Assembly (NCBI GenBank): GCA_963682135.1 | Contig: OY821645.1 | Location: 160,001-224,000, forward strand | DNA: 64,000 bases | Source: Methanothrix sp. | GTDB taxonomy: Archaea > Halobacteriota > Methanosarcinia > Methanotrichales > Methanotrichaceae | Direction of reading: 5' to 3' | In this document: positions 28,206-38,804 of the stretch, one piece after another | How positions within the stretch are numbered: position 1 is the first letter of the stretch | How the letters are laid out: every line of letters starts with the position of its first letter | Position numbers and translations under genes: made by a program | The notes under the pieces: model-generated | What the model was told of the DNA's origin: nothing | The model's input: only the letters and a program-made list of their open reading frames with translations | Databases searched by the model: none

Positions 28206-28481
28206 GATAGTTTCCCACCTTAATTTATAATTACTGCCGTCCCCTCCGAACGGCAGTGGACATTATCTTCTTGTGTCCACTCATTCAATGATATATCTAA
28301 TTTGCGATCAGCACAAATCCTACCCACCCAAAAGCCAATTATCCGATGACCGACTATAAAAATGTGTGGTACATTGCTGCCGAATGCATTCCGTTCTCGG
28401 CCAAACATCCGGGTTTGTGCAACGAAACGGACTGAACCGTGACAGCTTCCTCCTTGGTAAGCCTTTTCTCCTACCGTTTTC

Positions 28482-28949
28482 TTATTTTTCCGTCGCTTCC
28501 TGACTCTTCGCTATCTCCACGAGCGTTATTTCGAAGGTCAAGGTCTGTTCGGAGAGCGGATGGTTGGCATCCAGAGTAACAGCGCTCCCTTCGATCTCGG
28601 TAATCTGAACAGGAACCATCACTCCATTTGAGGCGCATACTTCAAGAGTCATACCCTCCTCAGGTACAATATCATCGGGAAGGTCTTTTTTGTCGATTTT
28701 GAATATTCGATCTTCCCTGTACCTGCCATAAGCTTTCTCAGGAGGGATTTGTACCGTCTTGGATTCGCCAGGGCTCATTCCCACCACAGCCTCTTCAAAT
28801 CCCTGGATGAGATTTCCACAGCCCAATTCGAACTGCAAGGGATCGGAGCCGGCTGAGGTATCAAAGAGAACGCCCGTATCGAGCTTGCCGCTGTAATGCA
28901 CCTTCACGGTGTCGCCTATCTTTGCTTGCGTCATTGGTGTCCACCTCAA
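28482..28949 (-). CDS. slyD: FKBP-type peptidyl-prolyl isomerase (SlyD-like)
   Basis: GDTVKVHYSG, IPPEKAYG and LDANHPL. Confidence 0.9.
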   Translation of the reverse strand: MRWTPMTQAKIGDTVKVHYSGKLDTGVLFDTSAGSDPLQFELGCGNLIQGFEEAVVGMSPGESKTVQIPPEKAYGRYREDRIFKIDKKDLPDDIVPEEGMTLEVCASNGVMVPVQITEIEGSAVTLDANHPLSEQTLTFEITLVEIAKSQEATEK

Positions 28950-29119
28950 ATCTATCAGGATAATGCCTTCCTGAAGTGTATATCTTCAACTATTTAGATG
29001 AAACTATTTGTACAAGGATCCTTATTTCAAAGAGAAGGTCTAATATCCTAGTAGCAACAACATTCAAGGAAAAAGTAAGATAGAACAAGCAAGAAAGAAC
29101 AACAAGGTGAAATTGAGAT

Positions 29120-29998
29120 ATGAATAGATGGAAGTCAGATCGAGGACTCGAAGCGAGAATGCTCCTTACTATGGGCCTGCTGGCAGTGCTCTACCTTGGT
29201 TTTTTAGCAGTTCTGCTGACCATGGGCGTCAGCCAGACGGTGATAATCCTGTTCATGGGCGGATTCATGTTCCTGCAGTATTTCTTTTCCGACAAGATGA
29301 TCCTCAGTTCCATGGGCGCGAAGATAGTCACCGAGAGCGAGATGCCAGAGCTTCATCAGATCGTGTCCAGGCTCTGTGCCAATGCTGATCTGCCCATGCC
29401 CAAGATTGCCGTAGTGAAGACCAGCATGCCCAATGCCTTTGCTACCGGTAGAAATCAGAAGAATGCCGTGGTGGCCGTAACGACGGGTATCATGGAGCGC
29501 CTCAACAACAACGAGCTGGAGGCAGTGCTGGCTCATGAGCTGACTCATGTCAAGAATAGAGATATGATGGTCATGACCATTGCCACATTCCTCTCCTCCG
29601 TGGCTCAGATAATGGTGCAATGGTTGCCATTCATGGGTGGAGGCAGTCGCGATCGCGATTCCAGCAGCAATTTCATAGTGCTGTTCCTGATCTCCCTGGT
29701 GGTCTGGATAGTGAGCTTCATTCTTATTCGAACTCTCTCTCGCTATAGGGAATTTGCAGCCGATCGCGGTGCAGCCATCATGACCGGCCAGCCGTCGCAT
29801 CTGGTCTCAGCCTTAAAGAAGATCAGCGGCTTCAGGGTGCCCACTGAGGACCTGAGGAAAGTGGAAGGGCCGGTAAGCGCGCTCTTCATCACGCCTGCTA
29901 TCTCCGGCTCGTCCTTCATGAGACTGTTCTCAACTCACCCTACTCTGGAAGCGCGCATTGCCGCTCTGCAGAAGATCGAGATGGAACTGGGGGCCTGA
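29120..29998 (+). CDS. htpX: Zinc metalloprotease HtpX
   Basis: PNAFATG, HELTH, SRYREFAAD and STHP. Confidence 0.95.
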   Translation: MNRWKSDRGLEARMLLTMGLLAVLYLGFLAVLLTMGVSQTVIILFMGGFMFLQYFFSDKMILSSMGAKIVTESEMPELHQIVSRLCANADLPMPKIAVVKTSMPNAFATGRNQKNAVVAVTTGIMERLNNNELEAVLAHELTHVKNRDMMVMTIATFLSSVAQIMVQWLPFMGGGSRDRDSSSNFIVLFLISLVVWIVSFILIRTLSRYREFAADRGAAIMTGQPSHLVSALKKISGFRVPTEDLRKVEGPVSALFITPAISGSSFMRLFSTHPTLEARIAALQKIEMELGA

Positions 29999-29999
29999 G

Positions 30000-30563
30000 A
30001 TGGGGTTTTTGGACTCCATCCTGGGAAAGACCAAGCTGCCTGAGGCCAAGACGGATAAGCTCTTTGCCATATCCACGGCTGCGGTCACATTAGAAGCAAA
30101 CCTGGGCTACAGTGCAGACGGCAAAGCCGGGGTTTGCATCAAACCCATGGAGTCGTCCCGATATGAAGCGGCCCGAGCTGAGATAGAGGATCTGCTCAAG
30201 TTAAGCATCAAGGAGACGGGCACGCAGTACAGGATCGAGAAGGATGAGTACAATTACGTTTGGGTCGTTTTATCAGACCCGGACTTCGAAGATCTTGTGA
30301 CCAACATTCAGATGGTCAGCCAGGTCCTGATGGAGCAGGGCTTCGGAACGCAGCTTCTGGCTGCGGTCTACCGTTTCCGGGGAGAGGCGGTAATCTACTG
30401 GATCTATAACTTCAAGCTGGGCTCTTACTATCCTTTTGTACCGGCGAGTGGCAAGCAGCGTGATACATCCCGGGAATTCCGGCTGAAGGCTATAATGGAG
30501 AAGGAGATGCCCATCGAAAAGGACGAGAGCAAGTGGTATCCCATGTGGGGGATGCCGCTGTAG
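30000..30563 (+). CDS. PspAB-like protein (htpX-associated)
   Basis: MGFLDSILG...YWIYNFKLGSYYPFVP...WYPMWGMPL; directly follows htpX. Confidence 0.75.
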   Translation: MGFLDSILGKTKLPEAKTDKLFAISTAAVTLEANLGYSADGKAGVCIKPMESSRYEAARAEIEDLLKLSIKETGTQYRIEKDEYNYVWVVLSDPDFEDLVTNIQMVSQVLMEQGFGTQLLAAVYRFRGEAVIYWIYNFKLGSYYPFVPASGKQRDTSREFRLKAIMEKEMPIEKDESKWYPMWGMPL

Positions 30564-30602
30564 GAATGTGCAGCTAAACACGTGGGACTCCATTCGCTCC
30601 TT

Positions 30603-31121
30603 ATCCCCCGAGAATAGTCTGAAAGCCGCTACACAACCATCTATTTTTCGACCACAGAAGAAAAGCAGCACTGGGATACTTTCGCCAAAGAGCGCGGCAC
30701 CAATATAGGCAAGCTCGCCCTTGAGGCCCTAAGGGCCCTTCAGGCCAAAACAGAATCTTCCCCTCGTCCAGACCTTCTGAAAGAGATTGAAGGCCTCAAG
30801 GCAGATCTGGCCAAAGCTCAGAGGGAGCTGAAGCTCCAAGGCAATGTGCTGGAAAAATATGAGGCGGAACTCTATCGGGCCAGATATGCAAGCTTCCAGG
30901 AGCCGGTCCCGACAGGCAATGGCATCCGGTATCACGACCTGGAACTACTCTCTTTTCTACGATCATCTAAAATCGCCCAGGATGGTGGCAAAATCCTGGC
31001 TCATCTGCAGATTGATCCGGGTGACAGGGAAGCCGTGCGCCTGGTCAGGAGCCAGCTCGAAAATCTGGAGAGATACGGACTGATACGCCAGGATAGCCAC
31101 GGCTGGAGATGGAAGAAATGA
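30603..31121 (+). pseudogene. Mobile-element DNA-binding protein (RHH-like/coiled coil/wHTH) with a damaged 5' end
   Basis: The frame is open from SESRYTTIYF to GWRWKK. Its 5' end reads ATC CCC CGA GAA TAG (no start codon, internal stop). ATGA overlap with the integrase stub. Confidence 0.55.
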
Positions 31122-31245
31122 ACAAAATGCTGGCTCCTCAGGAAGTAAAAACTCTGGGTCCAACTCGCCGACAGCTCGACAATTTGACAGAAGGCTTCAG
31201 GAAAGACTGTGAGCTGAGAAAGTTCTCGACTGCAAGGATATATGC
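31118..31245 (+). pseudogene. Possible tyrosine-recombinase N-terminal stub
   Basis: LDNLTEGFRKDCELRKFSTARIY resembles an integrase core-binding N-terminus; truncated abruptly. Confidence 0.45.
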
Positions 31246-31410
31246 CCAGACGGCCCTCTGGCGCAGATCATCATCCGACTCCTTATCAGTTCCGCCCGCG
31301 AAAGGCGCATCGTTGGTGACTGTCGTGATGCCTACGACAGGGGACCGTATGATCGTGACCAGGCCGGTGTTCACGTTGCTGGCCGTGCCAGATACCTGCG
31401 CGGTTGCATC
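31245..31410 (-). pseudogene. Baseplate J/gp47 fragment
   Basis: AQVSGTASNV...GITTVTNDAPFAGGTDKESDDDLRQRA matches the baseplate-J signature GGxDxEsDxxLR. Confidence 0.7.
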
Positions 31411-31545
31411 TTTTGTGAGACTAGCGCACACGGCAGCCTGGATCGAGTGAGAGCCGGCACGGATCCGGGCTATGCTCCTGGCCGCGGGCCTGCCTCCTTG
31501 GCAATCAGGCAAAAGGTTTTTCGTTATAGGCTTGAATTGAATCAC

Positions 31546-32344
31546 ATGCTAGGAAAAGAACAGATCGATTTGCTTTTTAGATTAGTTGAAGCTGCTCGAA
31601 ATACCCCCAGAGAGAATCGACAGCCATTTTTCGTTATGCAAGCTGCAGGCCAAAATTATGCCAAGGTAAATCATCCAGGAATTTCAGATAAAAGTGTATA
31701 TGTTGGAGATATTGACTTATTGGCAGATGCAGGCCTCGTTAGGTTATCGCCCCCGGTTGGGATATATAAAAGGATATTCGATGTCACTCCAAAGGGATTT
31801 GAGTATTACAAGCAATCTATTGAGCAAAATACAGAACCAGTAAATAGAGTAGAGTTTTCAATAGGATCTTATTTGGATGCTGATGATTTCAAGCTTAAAT
31901 ATCCTAAAGCGTATGATAAATGGGCAGAAGCTGAATCCATTGTATGGGGTGATAATTATGAACAACAATTGACTGTAATAGGCCATCTTTGTCGAGAAGC
32001 TCTTTTGGAATTCGCGAACGAACTGGTAGAAATATATCTACCTCCAGAAGTTGACAAAAACCGAGACAATACAGCCAATAGAATTGAAGCAGTTCTAGCT
32101 CAGCAATATCATCAGTTGGGGATCGACTGAGATTCCGTTCCTTGAAGCACTATTACGCTATTGGAGAACTGTTAGTGATATCGTTCAACGCCAAGAGCAT
32201 GGTGCTCAGAGGGATGGAGCATTATTAACTGGAGAAGACGGACGCAGAGTGGTTTTTCAGACAGCTGTCGTGATGTTTGAAATTGATAGGGCATTATCGA
32301 GAACTAGAACAAAGGGTAAGAGAAAAGGCCAATCTGATCTATGA
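31546..32344 (+). pseudogene. wHTH + HEPN/Abi-like protein with a +1 frameshift
   Basis: Extra G in the run at 32118-32121. The frame continues STEIPFLEALLRYW...VQRQEHG...MFEIDRAL to 32344. Confidence 0.6.
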
Positions 32345-32517
32345 TGCATTTTTTGCCATCCGCACGGCAAACGAGATCGATGAGCTTTTCGCGAAGATCG
32401 ATGCAAGAGTCCGCTCTGGCAGGAAGCAGGCTTGCGCTGCGAAGGCGGCCTCCGGCCATTTCAGGATAAGCGAGTGTAGCCACCGGGAAAAGCCCAGGAT
32501 ATCGCAGCGATCCTGAA

Positions 32518-34165
32518 CCTAAGCTCCCCGAAATTTAGGCATATCTGATCAATTTTCGCCATCGATGACCAAAAACTATAAATAGTATGCTGTGCCTAAA
32601 TACAACATGAAATCTTTTATTCGAACCAAAAAGATAAATGGCCTGGAATACATATATGAAATTACACCTTATTACGATAAGGAAAAGAAGCAAATTCGGC
32701 AGAAAAGCAAATACTTGGGAAAGAATGTCAATGGAGTTCCCGTGAAGGTTCGCGCCAAAGACCAAATCCCCAAGAAAGTGCTATCGCATGGCGAATTCGT
32801 TCCACTCAAGAAGATCACAGAGGACCTTAAGCTAGAAAAGATCCTCTCTGATGTTCTTCCTGGTAAAGAAGTCCGGCCGATTTTGACACTGGCAATGAAC
32901 TATGCCACACACCCCCGAGCACTAACCCATATCCAGAGCTGGTATGAAGGTACGGTCATGTCTGAAGACCATCCGAATCTTCCCTTATCATCACAGAGCC
33001 TTTCACGAATGCTAAGCAGTATCGGTGAAGGTACTGTGAATCTGGAATTCTCTCGCAAACTCATTGAGCAAGTATCCACAGCCAGCACGCTAGTCTACGA
33101 TATAACCTCCTTTTCGTCTTACTCTCAGAGCATCAGCCTCCTTGAATACGGCTATAATCGAGATGGCCTCGACCTGCCTCAAATCAATCTGTCTCTAGTC
33201 GTGGACAAAGATCTGGGCATACCGTTGATGTATGATCTCTACCCAGGAAGCATCGCAGATGTATCTACGCTTAAGAATACTATCAAGAAAATGAATGCAC
33301 AGGGCGTCAGAAATTATACTCTGATCATGGATAGAGGCTTCTTTTCAACCGACAATATCGAGGAGATGATATCTGCAGATCTGTCGTTCATTATTCCGCC
33401 AACGAGTAATCTCAAGAACGTCAAAGAAGCGATATCTGCTATCCACAAAAGCATTGACGATCCAGAGCATCTAAAACTCTATGAAAAAGAGCCGCTGTTT
33501 GTGATGCCTGTAGAGATCGATGTTGGTGAAAACAAGCTGAACGGATATGCATATTACGATCAGAAAAGAGAGCAGCAGGAAAGAAATACGTTTTATAAGC
33601 GACTCTACGATTTGATGGAAGTGCTCAAGTCCAAGAACCTGAAACCCTGGATGAATCCTGGAGAAGTTTTCAGGGCGACTGCGAAAAGAGATGCCAAGTT
33701 TATAGAATGGAAAGCAATAGACGGTAAGTTTCAGGTATCACTTAGAAAAAATGCGGTCTCCCAGGCTATTAATAAAATGGGAAAGTTTATCTTGCTTTAT
33801 CGAGGCGAGTTCACGTGGGTGGAATGTCTTGCGCTTTATAGAAGCAAGGATATCGTTGAAAAGGGATTCGATGTTCTGAAGAACGACATCGATTTGATGC
33901 CCGCGAACCTGAGGACCAACAGTAGTCTAAGGGGCTACCTATTCATTTCATTCCTTGCTCTGATCTTGAGGATGAAGCTCATGCGAATGATGATCGATGC
34001 CGAGCTGAATAAAAGATACTCGGTTGAGGGATTGTTCACTGAACTCGAAAAAATCAAGATCATGGTCTTGCCGGATGGAGAAAGAATCACGACCGAGATC
34101 ACTAAGAAACAGCGTCAAATTCTGGATGCCATTCATATGTGTGCCTAAAAAATGGGGAGGTCAGG
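32518..34165 (+). mobile_element. IS1634-family insertion sequence
   Basis: Imperfect TIRs CCTAAGCTCCCC / GGGGAGGTCAGG; 6-bp TSD CCTGAA at 32512-32517 and 34166-34171. Confidence 0.92.
32592..34148 (+). CDS. IS1634-family DDE transposase
   Basis: YDITS, GYNRDG, MDRGF and YRSKDIVEKGF. Confidence 0.93.
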   Translation: MPKYNMKSFIRTKKINGLEYIYEITPYYDKEKKQIRQKSKYLGKNVNGVPVKVRAKDQIPKKVLSHGEFVPLKKITEDLKLEKILSDVLPGKEVRPILTLAMNYATHPRALTHIQSWYEGTVMSEDHPNLPLSSQSLSRMLSSIGEGTVNLEFSRKLIEQVSTASTLVYDITSFSSYSQSISLLEYGYNRDGLDLPQINLSLVVDKDLGIPLMYDLYPGSIADVSTLKNTIKKMNAQGVRNYTLIMDRGFFSTDNIEEMISADLSFIIPPTSNLKNVKEAISAIHKSIDDPEHLKLYEKEPLFVMPVEIDVGENKLNGYAYYDQKREQQERNTFYKRLYDLMEVLKSKNLKPWMNPGEVFRATAKRDAKFIEWKAIDGKFQVSLRKNAVSQAINKMGKFILLYRGEFTWVECLALYRSKDIVEKGFDVLKNDIDLMPANLRTNSSLRGYLFISFLALILRMKLMRMMIDAELNKRYSVEGLFTELEKIKIMVLPDGERITTEITKKQRQILDAIHMCA

Positions 34166-34303
34166 CCTGAACGAGGTGCGGCCTTCCCGAGAACTTCACC
34201 ATCGACTGGAGGGATGGTACTGAAGGCCGGTCGTTGCCCCTCAATACGCGAAACCACCAAAACCTCTTTCGCTAGATCTCCTAATAAAGGAATAGGAGAT
34301 CAT

Positions 34304-34798
34304 ATGATAGACATACCGACTTGCCTAAACGAGGACGATAAAAATGTTTTAAAGACCATATATGAAACAACTCTAACGACAGGGAAGACGTTTATCAATT
34401 TGAGCGAAATATCCGATCGATTTGGCAGGCTTGGAATAACGAAAGAAGTAATACAAGAATCACTCGAAATGTTAAGCGGACTCGGGTACATAAGGGCGGA
34501 CTCTTGTCAGATAGGGATAATAGCTCTTCATGCCACAGGAAGAGGCTTTGCCTATTACGTCGATGAGTTTGAAAACAAATATCTTCCTGACTTCGTGTCT
34601 GTTGGTGAGCAAATTGTCAATTCTGGTGTGAAGTCAAATCTCGATATAATGAACTCACTAAATCAACCTTTAGTCATTATCGACATGATTCTCGATTATT
34701 ACAAAGAATTGGGCCACCTAAAATTATCAAATACATTTGGTTCTACTTTTATAGGAAGCTCATCAATATCATTCAAGCGCAGGTTTAGAAATAAATAG
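34304..34798 (+). CDS. Hypothetical protein, possibly with wHTH repeats
   Basis: AGGAG precedes ATG 34304; AT-rich ORF. Confidence 0.6.
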   Translation: MIDIPTCLNEDDKNVLKTIYETTLTTGKTFINLSEISDRFGRLGITKEVIQESLEMLSGLGYIRADSCQIGIIALHATGRGFAYYVDEFENKYLPDFVSVGEQIVNSGVKSNLDIMNSLNQPLVIIDMILDYYKELGHLKLSNTFGSTFIGSSSISFKRRFRNK

Positions 34799-35039
34799 GC
34801 ATTTGTATTGAATTGAGGAGAGAGGATGCTAAAGTTGTTGGCGAAGGCCAAGCATCTAGTCAACTGGTGCAAATAGGTCCTGGGTGTGAGTGGGCCTTCC
34901 CAAGAGCAGATTTCAGTCTAGAATGGCGGATGATGTCGTTTTCTAGTTTGGCATAGGCAATTTGATTCACGCCCATCATCGGATAAAACCAGCATCAATC
35001 AAGCTATTCACAGGAACTAAACACATACTAAATCTTTAG

Positions 35040-36062
35040 TTAAATCAAACTGGACGTTAGCGATTTGCGTTCTTTCTCGGATTTGCATAAGGTTAGGCTC
35101 GCTAATTTGACCGAATTAATTGGAACGGCATATACTTGTGTATAATTATGATTGGACTCATTAAAGTCCGGCCCCTGTTTCTCAATAAAATAATAGATTC
35201 CATCTTGGTGCATAAAAAAGATTAGAGACTTATTAGAGAGATTTATACGTGAATCGTTCATCAATAATTTTAACTCATATCTGCCTGGGTCGCCCTCATA
35301 TAGCAAGGGTTTGCCTTGTACCAAGCGAATTGCGTCTTCAGTGCCCATTTTAACAACCAACGAATCGTTAAAAAATATAAACATTATAAAGAATAATAAA
35401 AGAAATAGATAGATAAAAAATTCAGATTTTTGTCCATTCTGCGAAGGCTTGGAAGACCCAAATGGTCGCCTACGAATAGTTAATAAGTTCTTTGCAGCAT
35501 CAATATAACGATCTCTCCTGAGGCTAAATGCAAAACAAAGAAAAATATAGAGCGATATGAGAATATACAATCCAAACTCATCATTTTCCGCCAGGACATA
35601 GTTTTCCTCAATAATGCTATTTAAAATATAATTCTTATATTCGTAAGCAAGGAGCATAATTGTGTAGGTTATAATTGAAGAAATCGATAGCACCAACAAT
35701 TTGTTCGATCTATAAAATAGTACTATCGATTGCCAGTTTAAACGTGGCCAATTGGATTTGCCTATCATGGCAGTAATAATTTGTGTAATAAATTCAAATA
35801 GTATTATTATAAAAACAATCGCAAAAGGCATAAAAAGGAAAAACGAAAAATTCCAAAACAAAAGATCCAACATATTAAGGAGATAAAAATTAATAGGCAA
35901 AGCTGTACGTTCATCGGGAAATGAAAAGATGCTGAAGAAAGCTTCATTGTAACATATAATAAAAAGATAAAGGAAAATTGAAAATAATAATAATAATAAT
36001 TTAACTACATCATGGCTATTTTGCTTCATCTTTGAGTCATCATGTTTTCTCTGATTGTACAT
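35040..36062 (-). CDS. Hypothetical multi-pass membrane protein
   Basis: Several hydrophobic segments; long AT-rich ORF. Confidence 0.65.
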   Translation of the reverse strand: MYNQRKHDDSKMKQNSHDVVKLLLLLFSIFLYLFIICYNEAFFSIFSFPDERTALPINFYLLNMLDLLFWNFSFFLFMPFAIVFIIILFEFITQIITAMIGKSNWPRLNWQSIVLFYRSNKLLVLSISSIITYTIMLLAYEYKNYILNSIIEENYVLAENDEFGLYILISLYIFLCFAFSLRRDRYIDAAKNLLTIRRRPFGSSKPSQNGQKSEFFIYLFLLLFFIMFIFFNDSLVVKMGTEDAIRLVQGKPLLYEGDPGRYELKLLMNDSRINLSNKSLIFFMHQDGIYYFIEKQGPDFNESNHNYTQVYAVPINSVKLASLTLCKSEKERKSLTSSLI

Positions 36063-36162
36063 TACAATGTAGCACTATGTGACTCTGTTATTATTTAATG
36101 TTACCCCGAAATTTGCATTACAGGCGATATAGAGCAATAACCGCATTGGACCTCGCGGCCAT

Positions 36163-36468
36163 ATGGCTGAGGTGAAGAGTATGCAATCTGAATTCGAAGA
36201 CTACCGCGCCCGTGCGGCAAAAGAACAGGCCTTCGGTCGCAGGAGAATCGCAGCTTTCGAAAAGGGCAAAATCCAGCCTGCGCAGAAGGATCGAGGCGAA
36301 GTGCTGAAAGCCCTCTTGGCCGCGAACGGTGGCAAAATGTTCGCAAAGGATGCCCGTCATCAGATGCGACTGCCTGAAAACATATTCTCAGAACTTCTGA
36401 AGACTCAGAAAGATTCTATCCATGCAAGGCATTTTCACCTTGACAGGAGGCGGATAGTACTTGAGTAA
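36163..36468 (+). CDS. Mobile-element HTH-like protein, possibly a fragment
   Basis: LLAANGGKMFAKDARHQMRLPENIFSELL HTH-like pattern. Confidence 0.45.
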   Translation: MAEVKSMQSEFEDYRARAAKEQAFGRRRIAAFEKGKIQPAQKDRGEVLKALLAANGGKMFAKDARHQMRLPENIFSELLKTQKDSIHARHFHLDRRRIVLE

Positions 36469-36563
36469 ATATAATTCCCTTCTTATTACTTCAGCTGAAG
36501 TAATTCGCGAGAGACCAAAAGGTTTTTCGCTAAAACCTCTGATTATCCGAAAGGCGAAAGATA

Positions 36564-36965
36564 ATGATGGGGCAGATATTATCAGTGTTAGCAACACTAA
36601 TTCTTTTAGTGTCTGGTACTTACGGCACGGAACCAGTGCCTTATAAAGACACGCTTGACTTGATGCTGCGTGTATATCTCCCTGGAACGGGTGCACAGGC
36701 CATAACGCAGGGTGATGAAGTTGTTATTTGTCTTACCAATCCAGAAGAAGATGCGACCGTATCTGGGGTCAATGATTTGCAGGACCATATAGGAAGCCTG
36801 GCTAAAGAGTTGGGCAAATCCTTCCATGTCAAGAAAGTTATCGCACATATTCAATTTGCGTCGGGAAATGAGACCATACATTACACGTTCGAAGTGACGC
36901 TTAATTTGGTCGGGGATAGTGCAACTGCTGACCTGAGCAAAACCTCCAAAAAATCGATATCATAA
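36564..36965 (+). CDS. Hypothetical secreted protein
   Basis: N-terminal hydrophobic signal. Confidence 0.55.
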   Translation: MMGQILSVLATLILLVSGTYGTEPVPYKDTLDLMLRVYLPGTGAQAITQGDEVVICLTNPEEDATVSGVNDLQDHIGSLAKELGKSFHVKKVIAHIQFASGNETIHYTFEVTLNLVGDSATADLSKTSKKSIS

Positions 36966-37070
36966 AAATATCCAGTATCTTTGCTATATGGCAGAAATGC
37001 CTTGGTCTGCTATTACTTTGCCTCGGACTTCACGGGATGCTGTCATAGGTACTAATAGGTACTTGTAGCG

Positions 37071-37181
37071 GTGACGTTGCCAGAAGATGCGAGGATATTT
37101 TTAGAACAGGAATCTGAAGAAACCGGAGTGCAGCTAAGCAATTTGCTGAGTTATATTGCAGTTAATTATGTGAGAGGATAG
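37071..37181 (+). pseudogene. Ribbon-helix-helix (CopG-like) fragment
   Basis: VTLPEDARIFLEQESEETGVQLSNLLSYIAVNYV pattern; an in-frame stop lies just upstream. Confidence 0.35.
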
Positions 37182-37200
37182 AAAAGAAGAGATCTATTAA

Positions 37201-37623
37201 TTAAAATCCGCCCCGTTCAATATGCGAGATCACACGTTTCGATCTCCTAATAACATCAGCAGTTGCATCGTCTAGGTTGCCTATTTTTCTAACATCGTCA
37301 TCATAATCGACGTTGCCTCTAAAAACGCGCATAATATTCAGATCTTTTCCAATTATCAATCTTGTGCCTTCCACATCGGATTTACTTTCATCCAAATCCC
37401 CTTTATAATACTTGACTAAGTATTTGTGATGATCGTGTCTAAGAGGAAACGGATTATTATCTTTAGTTAGCATATAATTTCTGGCATTACAAAAGGCAGC
37501 ATAGTACGCTCTGCTTATTGAAGCCCGTAGTTTAGCTTCATCCGTTCTTGACTCGGCCAAATGCTCTGCTAAGTCTAAATAGTGTTTCCAGCAAAATTCT
37601 ACTGGTACTGCAGTTTCACACAT
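37201..37623 (-). CDS. HEPN-domain protein (UPF0332-like)
   Basis: ISRAYYAAF and RVFRGNVDYD. Confidence 0.82.
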   Translation of the reverse strand: MCETAVPVEFCWKHYLDLAEHLAESRTDEAKLRASISRAYYAAFCNARNYMLTKDNNPFPLRHDHHKYLVKYYKGDLDESKSDVEGTRLIIGKDLNIMRVFRGNVDYDDDVRKIGNLDDATADVIRRSKRVISHIERGGF

Positions 37624-38186
37624 ATATTTACATAAGGATCATTCGAATCCTTATTCCATCTGACATCTTCAACTCTATCTAATAGTTCAATCGCATCATG
37701 CACTGGGAGAGACGTTTCTACAGAAACCACGATATCCCTTTCGCTAGAATGCGGGGGGTCTGAGAACACTTCAAGGGTTATTTTTTCAGATGGAAACTCC
37801 TTCCGTATTTTCGAGTATATAGTGGATAACATCCCTCTTAGAGTATTGTTACCACTCAGAAACGATTTAACTTGTATGGGTTCTCGAAATTCATATTGCT
37901 CACCGAGCCATTCAACCGCGCCACGAACCACATCATCGATCTCGGCATTTATACTAGCATCTGCAATTGAATGGATCGCGTTCACCACCGGGTTGGAATA
38001 GGTTCCTATCGATCTGTCTTCTTGAAAATTGTTATATATATCTGGTTCATTGGGTCTGTACATAAATCTGTTCTGGTTCGAAGTCCCGGCAGCGCTCTGC
38101 TTTGAGACCGGCCCTCCGATTGAGACAATCGGTGTGCGGATTCTTGCAAACCGCTCACCTACATTGATTCCCGTACCATATTTCAT
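37599..38186 (-). CDS. Hypothetical protein, putative HEPN partner/antitoxin
   Basis: Overlaps both neighbouring genes; SKIRKEFP..ITLEVFSDP motif. Confidence 0.6.
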   Translation of the reverse strand: MKYGTGINVGERFARIRTPIVSIGGPVSKQSAAGTSNQNRFMYRPNEPDIYNNFQEDRSIGTYSNPVVNAIHSIADASINAEIDDVVRGAVEWLGEQYEFREPIQVKSFLSGNNTLRGMLSTIYSKIRKEFPSEKITLEVFSDPPHSSERDIVVSVETSLPVHDAIELLDRVEDVRWNKDSNDPYVNICVKLQYQ

Positions 38187-38560
38187 TTATGTGCATCCTT
38201 CTTTGCGCGCGCAGAAATAGCTTCTTCAGCCTCTGTTATTTTCCCATTGAGTAACACAACGAGATCTCTCGCAAAGGTCGCATTCATGACTATACCAAAT
38301 TTAACATCTCGCGTATAGTCCCCCGCTTCCACAAAAACCGATTCCATCACAAGTCCTTCATCTTCGGAAACCGCAATCTTTTGCTCAGCGGGTCTATCTC
38401 TCGATTCAAGATGGAAATCGCACACGATTTCCCCGCGCGCTGTTATATTGCATATTGCTCCATTGATGAACGCTAAATTGTAATTGGGTGATCTCTGTGA
38501 GAAGATGCTGAATCTACGTAGATTCTCTGCTGGCTTTCCGTTCTCAACGATTTCATCCAT
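38183..38560 (-). CDS. Hypothetical protein (DUF3467-like)
   Basis: FINGAICNITARGEIVCDF...IVMNATFARDL; GAGGTGA RBS; ATGA overlap with the next gene. Confidence 0.6.
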   Translation of the reverse strand: MDEIVENGKPAENLRRFSIFSQRSPNYNLAFINGAICNITARGEIVCDFHLESRDRPAEQKIAVSEDEGLVMESVFVEAGDYTRDVKFGIVMNATFARDLVVLLNGKITEAEEAISARAKKDAHK

Positions 38561-38699
38561 GTGATCACCTCAGTTTGCTTGCCGATGGATTTGCATGTAT
38601 TTACCTCTTGTGATATCGAGGTATAAAAAAATTTCTACTAAAGTTCTATGAAAATGGTTGCTGATTTGTATTACCAATTTACTGCATATCTATGTCACC

Positions 38700-38745
38700 T
38701 TACGTGCAAGCTCGCGACTTTACGTGCAGAAGGGGATTACGTGCA
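38700..38745. promoter_or_regulatory. Three TTACGTGCA direct repeats in a divergent intergenic region
   Basis: Copies start at 38700, 38720 and 38737. Confidence 0.5.
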
Positions 38746-38804
38746 AAGCCGTTCATCCAAAAGACTTTTCCTCAGAGACGGACCACTTGTAACAAGGTGA
38801 TTTA

